64,000 nt of DNA from Vicugna vicugna (Eukaryota): NCBI GenBank assembly GCA_013265495.1, contig MU058714.1, forward strand, positions 682,001 through 746,000. The letters run 5' to 3'. The first letter of the stretch is position 1; each line of letters opens with the position of its first letter. This document shows positions 35,801 to 47,800 of this stretch, one piece after another. The notes under the pieces were generated by a model, which saw nothing but the letters and a program-made list of their open reading frames with translations, was not told the origin of the DNA and did no database searches. The translations under genes were made by a program, and so were the position numbers.

Positions 35801-38800
35801 AGGTGGGTCTTTCTAACCTGGACGCCCAAGTCCTCGAGTCTGGGGGAACTTCTTGTTTCCGGCAAGTGATGACTGTTTCTCTCTTGCTGAAATTCCCTGG
35901 TGGACGTGGAACCTCCTGGAACGGTCGTTTACTGTCCACACATTTTCTCTCCTATTTTCAATCTCTGTGTGTGTGTGTGTATTTTAATTGAAGTGCAGCC
36001 AGTTACGATGTGTCAATTTCTGTTGTGCAGCAGTGTCTCAGTCATGCATACATCTATATATTCATTTTTAAGTTCTTTCTCATTAAAGTTTGTTACAAGA
36101 TATTGAATATAGTTCCCTGTGCTATTCAGGAGTTATTTTAAAAATCTGTTTTTATATATAGTGGCTAACATTTGCACATCTCAAACTCCCAAATTTATCC
36201 CCTCCCACCCTCTCTTTGTGTTTTGTTCTGCTTTCTGAGCAGTTTCCTTAATTTGGCCTTCCAACCTCTCCGTTCAGTTTTTAATTTCTGTTCTTACTTG
36301 GGTTTAACCTACAGGAGCTCCTTCTTTCCGTCTGAACTGTCCTTTTTCTCTGCCCTCCTGTTTCTGTTCCTGGTTGCAGCGTCGTCTTCCTGAGACCACT
36401 GATACTTCTGATTTAGAGGTTCCCTTTTTCTCCCAGTTTCCTAGTTCCCCTGAGGCACTTTTCTCTGTCGGTGTGTTTTAGTGTCTATTTTTCATGTTAA
36501 AGACTCCCCATCAGCCTGGAAATTCTTGTTTATTTGTTTGTATTAATAGGTGGGCCTGACGCCCCAACGGAGGTAGCTGAGGGCAAGTGGCCAGCCTTTG
36601 ACACAGCCTTTGCCTTCAGCGCTTCTCTCCTGGACGGGCCAGCTCTCCAGCCTCTGTCCGGTCCAGTCTTTCTCCGGGAAGTTATAGGTCTGGCTGCCAG
36701 GCTTCTGGGAGTCACGAGAGACACGAGGGCTGGAGGTTCTCAGCATCCGGGATCCGTATGTCCGCCTCATGTTCCTGCCTCCCTCCTCTGCTCCCTGTGT
36801 CCTCTGTCCTCTGTTCTTACTCCTTAACGTTACTAGCACATGCCAATTGTGAGCTTCCTGAGAAAGGGTCTGTGTCTGGAAATGCCTCTTTCCAGCTGTG
36901 CACCTGAGACTTCCAATCCGGAAAACCTCTGCGTTGTCCTCTGTAGACTAGAAGCCACTCGCTGCTTGCCAGGGTGGCGGAGGCGCGATCGCCCTGCTGA
37001 GCAGAGTGGGTGGGGCTGAAACAGCCCATCCAACAACCTCTCACACCTTCAGCCCGGTGCTCCTCTCTGTGCTAGCACCTGCCGGGCTCCTACCCACCCC
37101 CTGCGCAGCTGGTGCCTGTGCTGTGAGGGAATTCTGCGGCGGGCACCTGGCCGACTCGCAGCTTTCCCCGCTGAGGGCTGGAGCCCGCGTTCTCAGGCCT
37201 AAGGCGCCGTTTACCCGGCACATCTGCTTCCAGCTTCCAAACTTTTGTGACTGTGATCCCTTTTCTCCTCTTCCCAGCCCTGCTGCTTTATTGTTTTTAA
37301 AACCCAATCTGAGGGAAGGGTAGAGCTCAGGGGCAGAGCGCGTGCTTAGTGTGCCCGAGGCCCTGGGTTCAAGCCCAGGCCCTCCGTTAAATTAAATAAA
37401 TAAACCAACAAACCTAATTACCTCCCCCCCCAGTTACATTCTGTCATCGGAGCAGGATTTGGGGAGGAGACAGAGGCTTGTCATCTCCACCCAGAAGCTG
37501 CAAAGCTTCCCCCCAGCCCCCAAAGTAATGCTTCCTTTGTTGTAAAAATTGATGAGCAAGGCCCCGGGCAGGGGTGCAGGGGTTAGGTGGTGGGAGGGTG
37601 GGCATCACGGATTCTTATTGGAAACAAATGCCAGCAAGTGTGTTAGCTGGCCTTTCTTTAAGAGCAGTGAGGAGAGGAAACACTGGGAAAGTTTAGAAAA
37701 AAAGATATCGTGGCGAGAGGTTTGACCTCTGACATTCTCTTATGGTTTCAAAAGTGGATTTTGGAGAGATTGCAGAGAGACATTCGGAAGACCTCAGCAG
37801 GAAAAGACTAAACGAAGTCGTGACGGTGAGGTCGTCGGCCCCCTCCTCAGACGCAATGTGGACCACACATTACAACCTGAGCCCCGAAGTCCAAGAAATG
37901 GCCAGAAACGCAGCCTTGCTGAAGGGCAGCCACGTCTTCCAGGTCTTCTGGGCAGAAGTAGCCCAGGAGCTGTGTGAGCCGGAGGACGAGCCGGAAAGCA
38001 GAGCCCTGCAGCCAGAAGAGGCCTACCGGTACTTGTATCTTCCATGTTTCAACAAGTTCGCGAAACTGTATCAGGATCTGAAGTCAGGAGAGGTCACCTT
38101 TGGGGAAATAGATGCCACTTTCAAAGACTTCGTGAATAAATACAGGGACCTCACTGTCGACCTGCAGACCATGTGCAGTCTGCACCCCCGTGACCACAGG
38201 GCTTGGATCGACGAGCGAGTGGAGCAGATCAGGGAGTACCACCACCTGCACCAGGCTGCTGCCTCGGCCGAAGCCATCTTGACGGTCAAAGAGAATCTGG
38301 GCCTGACTGGTGACTTCAGTGTTCTCCACACTTTATTGCACTTTGTGAGTTATTTATGGGGGCTCCTGGGGGTGGGGGTGGGGTGGGGGTCCTGGCTCTC
38401 TGGTCGTTGTTGTGTTTTTGTTTGTTTTGGTTTTTTTGCAATCCAGGTGCAGTTGTTTTTTTTTTTTAACCTTTCTGGCTTTTAAAAACTGGACAAGGTG
38501 ATTTCGCAGCCTCCTTTGGGGTTGTCTGTGTTTCACACAGTGGCTGAACGTGCTGGGCTTCCCTTTCACCTTTGTCTGTCAGCTGTGCGCCTGTCCCTTG
38601 GCCGACGGGGGTTCCTTAGGTTGTCGGGAGGACCGTGAATTTAGGAAAAGGTGACGATCGTTTTAGTTGTCAGATATTTGTAAAGAGTGACCTGAGCTCT
38701 TCAGCTTCTGGAAGCCAAAAGAAAGCCATTTGTTCTGTCGGCTCTCCGGTCACATCTAGCGCTTAGCCAGGAGTGGTACGAGGCAGGTTACCTCTGTGAC

Positions 38801-41800
38801 AGCTAAGAAGCGAGTCTTCTGCTTTCTGGTCTTTTGGGTGAGCATTTGTAAGGTACGAGGTGACCCGTGTTGCAGTATAGACAGGGGTGGTGATGACTAA
38901 AATTGAGCACAAAGTTCGGATTAGGCACAGGTAAGCTTGAAGCCCGGCAGCTCTTGAGTAGGTCCCTGTCCTGGGCCTTCCTTTCTTTACCCAGAAAACA
39001 GGAAAAATAGCAAGAAGCACCTGGCAAGGGGCTTGTGTCCGGGGCGGAGCGGAATGCCTGGCCCAGAGGAGTCACAGTTCCTCTGGACCGCGGGGGCACG
39101 GCGTGGGCGGCTGCGGTGTCTAGGCTGGGACGAGAGCTCTGAGCACGTGTCAGTCCTGGGGATTTGCGGGGAGCGGGGCATGGGGGTGGCCAGCATCGCC
39201 GCTCCTGGGGGTCCAGGAGCCAGTTCCGGCCCACAGCACAGCCCAGCCTTGCATACTCTCTTTGACAACTTTCTCTGGTGACTTTCTCAGACTGTCGGGA
39301 GCAACTTTCGCAACGAAAAACTGAACCGGATCAGCCAGCAGCTTATCCGTGCCAAAAAGCTGCTGCAGGACGTGAGCGAGACCCGGTGCCAGTGTCTGAA
39401 GGAGCTGTCCCAGAGGAAGGAGTTCATCGACTGGGTCCGGGAGGCCCTCGAAGGTACAGTCGGTCACTTCGGTGACCGGAAGTCTGCAGGGTGTTCAGAT
39501 GGCTCACAGGGTGGTCTTCCTAAACTTACGGGCAGTCCCTCCCCTCCATCGTGTTCTGTGTAAAGGACAGTGAGATCCATCTGCATTTTTAAAATTAATT
39601 TAAACATTTTAAATATTGAAATATATTTGCCAGACAGCATTGTGTAAACTGAGGGTGTACGAGGCGTGGGTTTGATACATTTATATACTGCACTATGACT
39701 GCCATTGTAGTGATAATCAGGGCCTTTATCACATCCCTTGGTTCTCCTTTCAGCTTAGTGTTTGGAGTAATTAAGACCTAGTCTCGCAGCATGTCTCCAC
39801 CTGCCTTCTTTAGGTAGGTGAGCGAGGTGTGTGCCTCACTGCCTGTTGGGAGAATTTGTATCAGGACAGTGTCCCTCATGTTCTGGTGTAAAATCTGTTT
39901 CCTTGGGTACCTTTTTTCTCTCCCTCTGGATGCTTCCTATGAACGGCTGCGGATCATTTTCTTAAAAATCATACCCCTTTGGCTTTTTGCTCTGGTTGAC
40001 TTTTTACTGGAAGACAAGATGAGTGCTTGTCCACGGAGAGGTTTAATCACACCCACTGGCTGGTGTGCAAAGGCTGGCAGCCTTTCCAGCTCTGTGGCTT
40101 GGAGGGGAGAAGGAGGCAGGGAGAGGGGAGGCGGTGGCCCTGGTGTGTGGAGAGGCGAGGAGGGGGCTGCACCAGCCTCTCTGCTCTCACCTGTGGGCTC
40201 CCACCCACTTTGGTAAGCTGCTGTCAACATGTTATGCACCAGCTAAGCTTGGGGTTTTTTGGTAATGAAATGGCAGTGTTGTGGGAGTTTGAGATTAACA
40301 AATGTTAGCCACTCTATATCAAAATAGATTAAAAAAATATTCTTCTGTACAGCACAGGGAACTATGTTCAATATCTTGTAACGACCTTTAATGAAAAAGA
40401 ATATGAAAATGAATATATGTATGTATATGCATGACTGGGACATTGTACTGTGCCGCAGAAATGGAAACACTGCAACTGATGGTACTTTAATTTCTTAAAA
40501 ACTAATTAATTAATTTTAAAAAAAGATAGAGGGCACACGAATGCCCTGTGTGGTGCCCTGACATTGATGGTGTCCAGTAACATCAGGTATTGGTCAGCAG
40601 TAGTGACAAAAATGGCAAAAGAAAAAGTGCCCCAGGTTCTTATCGAAAACAGAGGGTGGATAAAACCATAAAAATGCAGGGTGTCCATTTATAGCTTCAG
40701 TAAGGACTGTTGTCCCCAGACTTGAGGCTCATGGCATCACAGGTGGCCCCGCACTCCTCTGACCCCTCCTGCCCCAGGCATCACCGAGCTGAAGGTGTTC
40801 GTGGACCTGGCCTCCATCTCCGCCGGGGAGAATGACATCGACGTGGACCGCGTGGCTTGCTTCCACGACGCGGTGCAGGGCTATGCGCCCCTGCTCTATG
40901 ACCTGGACACCAGCGCGGGTTTCGATGACTTCATGCAGCACCTGAGAGAGCTGTGGAAGGCTCTGGATAATGACCAGCACCTGCCCAAGAAACTGGTGAG
41001 TCTCATTGCTGGCTCCAGAGCAGATCAGGTTTTAATAAAGCACCGCTTAGCAACTCTTGGGGCAGGACTGCAAAACTGTGGAGCACCCACGAGGCAGATT
41101 TTTATGCAGCTGCTTAAAACGAAGTTTCAACGTAATATCTCTACCTATATGGAAAGGCTTTCTCGGTCCTGCTATGTTAGGAAATAGGACACAAAATTGT
41201 GTGTAGACAAGTGATTTCTTCTGCGCAAAACGCATGGGGAAAAATGAGGTGGGGGAGGGACGAGTGAGAGGTTCGGTGTTAGTAGATACACACTACTGTG
41301 TATGACGTAGATAAACAGCAAATGAGTGGTAATGGAAAAGAATCTGAAAAAGTGTCCATATGCATGTAGGTGCATAGCTGAGTCACTTTGCTGTACACCT
41401 GCAAGGAACATTGTAGGGCAGCTACGCTTCAATACAAATTAAGCACTTTAAAAAATGACTGAAAGGAAATATGCTCAAATGTTAGTGGTTTTGTCTGAAT
41501 GATGGTACTTGTTCCTTAATTCTCCCTGCATTTTGGTATTTTTCCATACTCTCTACAATTGGTACAGATTGTTTTTTCATTAGAAAAAATAAGCATTTCA
41601 GCATAAGTTAGCCCACTGCACCGGGGCGAGCAGCCCCGCAGCACGCAGGCTGAGTAACAGGACGGCTGGAGCCCAAGAGGGGGAGGGTGGGGGGGAGGGA
41701 GGGAAACGGCTGGAGCCCAGGAGGGGGAGGGTGGGGGGGAGGGAGGGAAGGATGCAGTCGACAGAGCTGTTTCCTTTTCTCCGCTGGAAGCTCACGTCCA

Positions 41801-44800
41801 GACAGAAAGCCTTGGTGGCAGTTTTTCCTTAATTCTTCTGTTTGGACTTGGGGACCCCAGAAGGACACATTTAGAACTTAAGGCCCCACAGCTCTGTGAG
41901 AGCAGAATGCCGCCTTCTCGTAGAGAGCTGGGTTCGGGCCTGTCCCTCCCTGTCCGCGTACCCAGGGCGTGGGCTGGGGGGTGGGGAGCACGGGGGATCA
42001 GCCCATTCTGGCACTGCCACATGACAAGCGTCCCCAGAGGGACGCACCCGAGCCGGTGGCAGCTGTGGGCCTCGGATGCTCGGATGAGGAGGGCCTCCCC
42101 TGCGGGCGACAGCACACGGAGCCGGAGGCAGGAGGGGGACTGCAGGTGGAGGGGAGGAGGCACAGGAGGGTCACACATAAGCTGTGGCCCGTGCCCTCTC
42201 CTCCTTCCCCACAGCGCGACTCTGCCAGGAACCTGGAGTGGCTAAGGACAGTGAAGGAGAGTCACGGGTCTGTGGAGCTCTCCTCCTTGTCGCTGGCCAC
42301 CGCCATCAACAGCGGAGGCATCTATGTGATCAAGGCCCCCCCGGATGGCCAGAAGGTGAGCTGTCCCCCGTCCCAGACGCGGCGGCTGGGGGCGCTTATG
42401 GGCTGCCGTCATGGGGGCTTCCTGCCTCCAAAGAGCCAGCTCTGAGTGTGCGCCGTTCCATAGATTTCCCCAGACACCGTGCTGCACTTGCTCCTCCCCG
42501 GGGGCCTCGGGGGCCAGGAGGAGGTGCGAGACTACTCTCTGGAAGATCTGAAGGAGCTTTTGAACAAACTGATGCTGATGTCTGGCAAGAAGGATCACCA
42601 CAACGTTGAAGTCGTAGAGGTGTTTTCCGAGGTGAGAGTTTGTCCCTGTGTTGGAGCAGGTGTCCGGGACCCATCTGTCTGGGTGCGGACTCTCACCCGG
42701 TGAGATGCCTGAGAGGGTCAGCAGGTTTGAGTTTGGACTTAATCGGTAATTCAGTCTGCTCTCACGTCCGTGGAGAGTGGGGCCGGTGGGTCTGCAGAAT
42801 GCATTTACTTCGAATTCACGACCCCGAGAGGTGTCGATTTACTCTGTCAATCAGCCAGCAGCCCCAGGCTCGTTAAGTCTGGATGGGCATCCTTCATCAG
42901 AAGCACAGGAAACCGTGTAGAAAAAGGCACATCGACTTACCTCACAGTCTCTCACTTTACTGTGCATTTTACTTGAAAGTCGTTTTGTACTTTGTAAATG
43001 ATGTCTTTTCTTTCTATAATGTGTTGTTTCCGAAAGACAAGATTATGGAAATGAGGAAGGCAGGCCTTTCCGTGACCAGTCTGTGCCTCGAGGTCACATA
43101 GGGAACCAGGAAGAGACATGGGCCCACGTCCTTCAGGTTCTGAATCTGTTTGTGTTATTCCAGACTGACGTGTCTGGGGTAACTCTCAGACTCTCCGAGA
43201 CCAGCTCTGTGATGTCTGCCTCCTGCTTCCATTTGCAACAGGTGTTTTGCAACGTGCAGAGGCTAGTCCAGGCCTTCATCAACCTTTACTCTGCTGGAAA
43301 CATGCTGTTCAGGGCATGGACGGCCGAGGTGTACTGCTCCCCCCAGAAGGGTGTCTCCATCCGCATGGACTTCTGTCTGGGGCTGGTGAACCAGTTCACG
43401 GAGAGTGGGGCAGTCGCTGGGCTGCTGGAGGCCCTCTGCCGGCAGATGGAGGACTTCCTGGACCACTGGGAGAGATTTGTGGCGGAGAAGCGGGCAAAGC
43501 ACCCCTACCTCAACTACTACACAGCCGAGCAGCTGGTCTACCTGGGCACGGAGCTCAGGAAGCGGGTCCCCAGTGAGGCCGCCCTCACCATGCTGTCCTT
43601 CATCAAGAGCAACTGCAGCCCCAGGGACGTCTTGGAGGCCTGCCCGGGGCCCGACGGCAGGGCCGCCGAGCAGCAGAGGACCATGATCCAGGAGCTGCCA
43701 CTCCTGCTCTTCTCAGAGTCCAGACTGGTGGACAAGCTGAGGGTCATCATGGAACAGTCGATCGCCTGCATGAGTGTCCTCCTGCCTCACTGCCTGGACC
43801 TGGAGGCCCTCGGCCTCTGTCTGGCTCGCCTGGCGAGGATGGCTGGGCCTCCTGTGCAGCGACAGCTCCCCAAGGGCCTGCAGGTCGGCCAGCCCAACCT
43901 CATCATCTGTGGCCACTCCGAGGTCCTGCCGGCCGCCCTGGCCATCTACATGCAGACCCCAAGCCAGCCCCTGCCCACCTACACCGAGGTGCTGCTCTGC
44001 ACCCCAGGGACCACGTTTGAGGAGGTGGCACTGCTCCTGCGCCGCTGCCTGACCCCCGGCGCCCATGGGCTCGGGGTCTACAGCCTGCTGTTTGCGGACC
44101 AGCTGAGCTACGAGGTGGCCTGCCGGGCAGAGGCGCTCTTCCTGAGCCTGTGCATGCAGCGCCACCGGGAGGACTACCAGCTCGTGATGGTCTGCGACTG
44201 TGAGCGGGAGCACTGCTACCTGCCCTCGGCCTTCAGCCAGCACAAGGTCCTCGTCACGCCCCAGGCGCCCCTCAAGGACATCCAGGCCTACCTGGCTCAC
44301 CACTTCCAGGTCCCAGAGCAGATCCCATCAGCCGCTGCTGTGTTCCGGGACCGGATGTGTGTTGGGGTCGTGGCCTCGGAGAGAGCGGGTGTCGGTAATG
44401 ACGACTGCCAGGGTTGGGGGAGCCCACGAGTCCCGGGGACTGCTGATGGCCCTTTTCTTTACAGTTGGTGTGTGGGGGGTGCTCAGATGAAGCCCTTTAT
44501 AGGTGAGGAGACTGAGTCTCGGGGAGGATTTACTCACCTGTGGTTGTAAGTCAGGGCCTGTCCTGGAACAAGACACCCTTTCTCACCTGGTTTCCAGCTT
44601 GGGTGACTTCTGGGAGCCAAGCCATCCACCTCCTCTAAACTGGCTTCTCCGCAGCTTCCCCTTTCTTTTTTAATGTCCGTTGGCCACTTGGGGTCTTCCT
44701 GGGTCCTGAGCAGGAGGAGGTTTCATCGCTCTGTCTTTAGAAGCGGCAGATGCCTCTGGACCCTGCGTTCAGTCACATTAGGATTTCCATCCTGTTGACT

Positions 44801-47800
44801 GTGGCCCTTTCACTGTCCGATGAAGCCTACTCCTGTCCCCAGCGTGGCGTGCTCCGCTGCTCCCATCCTTGCCCTGCAGCTGCCATTCTCAGTTCCGGGG
44901 AACATCAGGGCTTTTGGGTGGGCACCAGCAAGGAAACCTGAGGCCTCAAGCGTGTGCTCGTCAGCCCAGTGTCAGGCTGTATCCCTTCTGTGCAAAGCAA
45001 GTGACCCGCAGTGGATCTTTCTGGGTGCTCTCTCGCTTGGTCCGCCAGCCTGGCACCTAATTTCCACCTGTTACCATTACAGGAAAGTCTCTCTTTGTGA
45101 GGAGGTTGCATGGCCAACTGAAAATGAAATTTAATGGGAGAAAAGTGCCCCTAAAAGTTATTCGATTGATCGACCCTCAGCTGGATGAGAACCAAGTCCT
45201 GGGCTCCCTCCTGCCTTTCCTGGACGCCAGGCATCAGACAGGACCCACGGTGTTCCACCTGGATGTGAGCTCTTCAGTAAGTGCCCTCGGGGTCCAGCCC
45301 CGTGCCCCGCCCTGCCCCTGCCCAGGGTAAAGACTTTCTTCTTTCTGCCTGTACTGATGATCGGTATCATCGGACCAAAGCGCAGGATCAGAGGGGCCTC
45401 AGGGCTGGGAGAGCTGGTGTCTTCTGTTTGTTTACAAGCCCATGTGGTTCTGTCTTCAGGTGCAGACTGGAATTTGGGTGTTTCTTTTCAAACTTCTGGT
45501 TCTCCAGTACTTGATGGATGTAAATGGGAAGATGTGGCTGCGGAACCCGGGCCACTTGTATATTGTTGAGATCCTGGAAGGGAGCTCGGCCCTGCCGCGG
45601 AGGCCTTCGAAGCTGGTGCGTGTCGGGGCCCTTTCCTGCTTCTGTGGGGGAGGGGTTTAGTGGCGTAGCTGAGTGTGATGTTAGTAAAGAAAAATCAACC
45701 TTTAAACTTATTTGTAAATTATTTCTAGAATAAAAGTACTCATTAATTAGCAGGATCTTAAACTGGCTTTGTTCTATTCAAGATGGATGCTGTATGTCTG
45801 GGTTAAATGCAGAAAACCCACCTGCTGGGAGAGGCACCATCTTTCTCAGAGTCAGCTAACACACACATGTATATGCCTAATGGAGAGATTTGGTTCCAAG
45901 AGATCAGGTAGAAAAGGGCTTTTTGGTCAACAGTGCAGCATAGACCCCGTGGAGGGTTAAACTGCAAAAGCATTTCTTAGGTGGTTCAGCCATAACCCCT
46001 TTTTCTGTGTCTCTCTTCTCCAGAACACATATGCCCCCCCATTCAGTTTTCTAGACATCTTCCCCAAAGTCACGTGCAGGCCTCCCAAAGAAGTGATTGA
46101 CATGGAGCTGGACCCTCAGTGGAGCTACGAAGAGCCGGGAATGGATCTGAAACAGTTCTGCAGCGAAACGTTCCAGAGACCTTACCAATATCTGAGACGG
46201 TTCCATCAGAAGGAAAACCTCGACACGTTCAAGTACCAAAAAGGCTCTGTTGAGGGCACCCCCAGCGAATGCATCCAGCACCTCCTGATTTACTGCGGGG
46301 TGATAAACCCTTCCTGGTCAGAGCTCCGGAACTTTGCTCGGTTCCTCAACTACCAGCTCCGAGACTGTGAGAACTCTCTCTTCTGTAATCCCAGCTTTGT
46401 TGGAGACACACTGGTGGGTTTCAAGAACTTCGTGGTCACCTTCATGATCTTCATGGCACGAGATTTCGCCACACCTACACTTCACACAGCTGACCAGAGC
46501 CCAGGGAAGCACACGGTCACCATGGATGGCGTCAGGGAAGAAGATCTCGCCCCTTTCACACTCCGGAAGAGGTGGGAGTCGGAGCCCCACCCGTACGTCT
46601 TCTTCAACAGTGACCACATGTCCATGACGTTCATCGGGTTCCACTTCCGGCCCAACCAGAACGGTGGTGTTGATGCCATCGACCCCTCGAGTGGGGAGGT
46701 GATCAAGGAGGATGTCATGACGGTGGCACTGTACCAGGGGCTGTTGCTTCAGAGGGTGCCCTTCAATGTTGATTTTGACAATCTGCCCAGACACGAGAAA
46801 CTTGAGAGGCTCTGCCTGACGTTGGGGATCCAGTGGCCCTTTGACCCTGATGAAACCTATGAGCTTACGACGGACAACATGCTCAAGATCCTTGCCATCG
46901 AGATGCGTTTCCGGTGTGGCATCCCCGTCATCATCATGGGGGAAACGGGCTGTGGGAAAACCAGACTCATTAAATTCCTTAGTGACCTGCGGCGTGGGGG
47001 TGCCAATGCTAACACCATGAAGTTGGTCAAGGTCCACGGAGGAACGACCGCTGACATGATCTACTCCAAAGTCAAGGAGGCAGAAGAGCTTGCCCACTTC
47101 AATAAGGACCAACATCATTTGGACACCATTTTATTCTTCGATGAAGCCAACACCACGGAGGCCATCAGCTGCATCAAAGAGGTCTTGTGTGACCGCACAG
47201 TGAGTGGCCAGCCGCTGGCTAAGAACTCCGGCTTGCATATCATAGCAGCCTGCAACCCTTACCGGAAGCACTCCCAGAAGATGATCTGCCGTTTGGAGTC
47301 AGCTGGTCTGGGATACAGGGTGAGTGCAGAGGAGACGGTGGAGAAGCTCGGCTCCATCCCTCTGAGGCAGCTGGTGTACCGTGTCCACGCTCTGCCGCCG
47401 AGCCTGATCCCCCTGGTGTGGGACTTCGGACAGTTGAATGACTCAGCAGAAAAGCTCTACATCCAGCAGATTGTCCAGAGAGTGATGGCCTCCACCCTGA
47501 TGGATCCTCACAAGGCCTGTGTGATCACGGACGTGCTGTCTGCCTCTCAGAGTTTCATGAGGGCACGAGAAGACGAGTGCAGCTTCGTCAGCCTCCGGGA
47601 CGTGGAGCGCTGTGTGAAAGCTTTTAAGTGGTTTTACGACCACAGCGGGATGCTCTTGTCCAAGCTGGATTCCGTTCTCTGCAAGTCCAGTGTCAGCAGA
47701 AACAGCTTTGACAGAGATCCTGTCCTCTGGTCCCTGGTGCTGGCCATCGGGGTATGTTACCACGCCTCTTTAGAAGACAAGGAATCTTATCGGAAAGCCA

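Noticed and set aside
37312..37385. tRNA gene-like A/B box sequences
   Set aside because: They are SINE heads with AT-rich tails, present in many diverged copies, not tRNA genes.
43083..43241. Apparent N-terminal extension of the 488-aa ORF as an independent gene
   Set aside because: Intronic read-in upstream of the acceptor at 43242; RNF213 similarity starts at VFCNVQRL.
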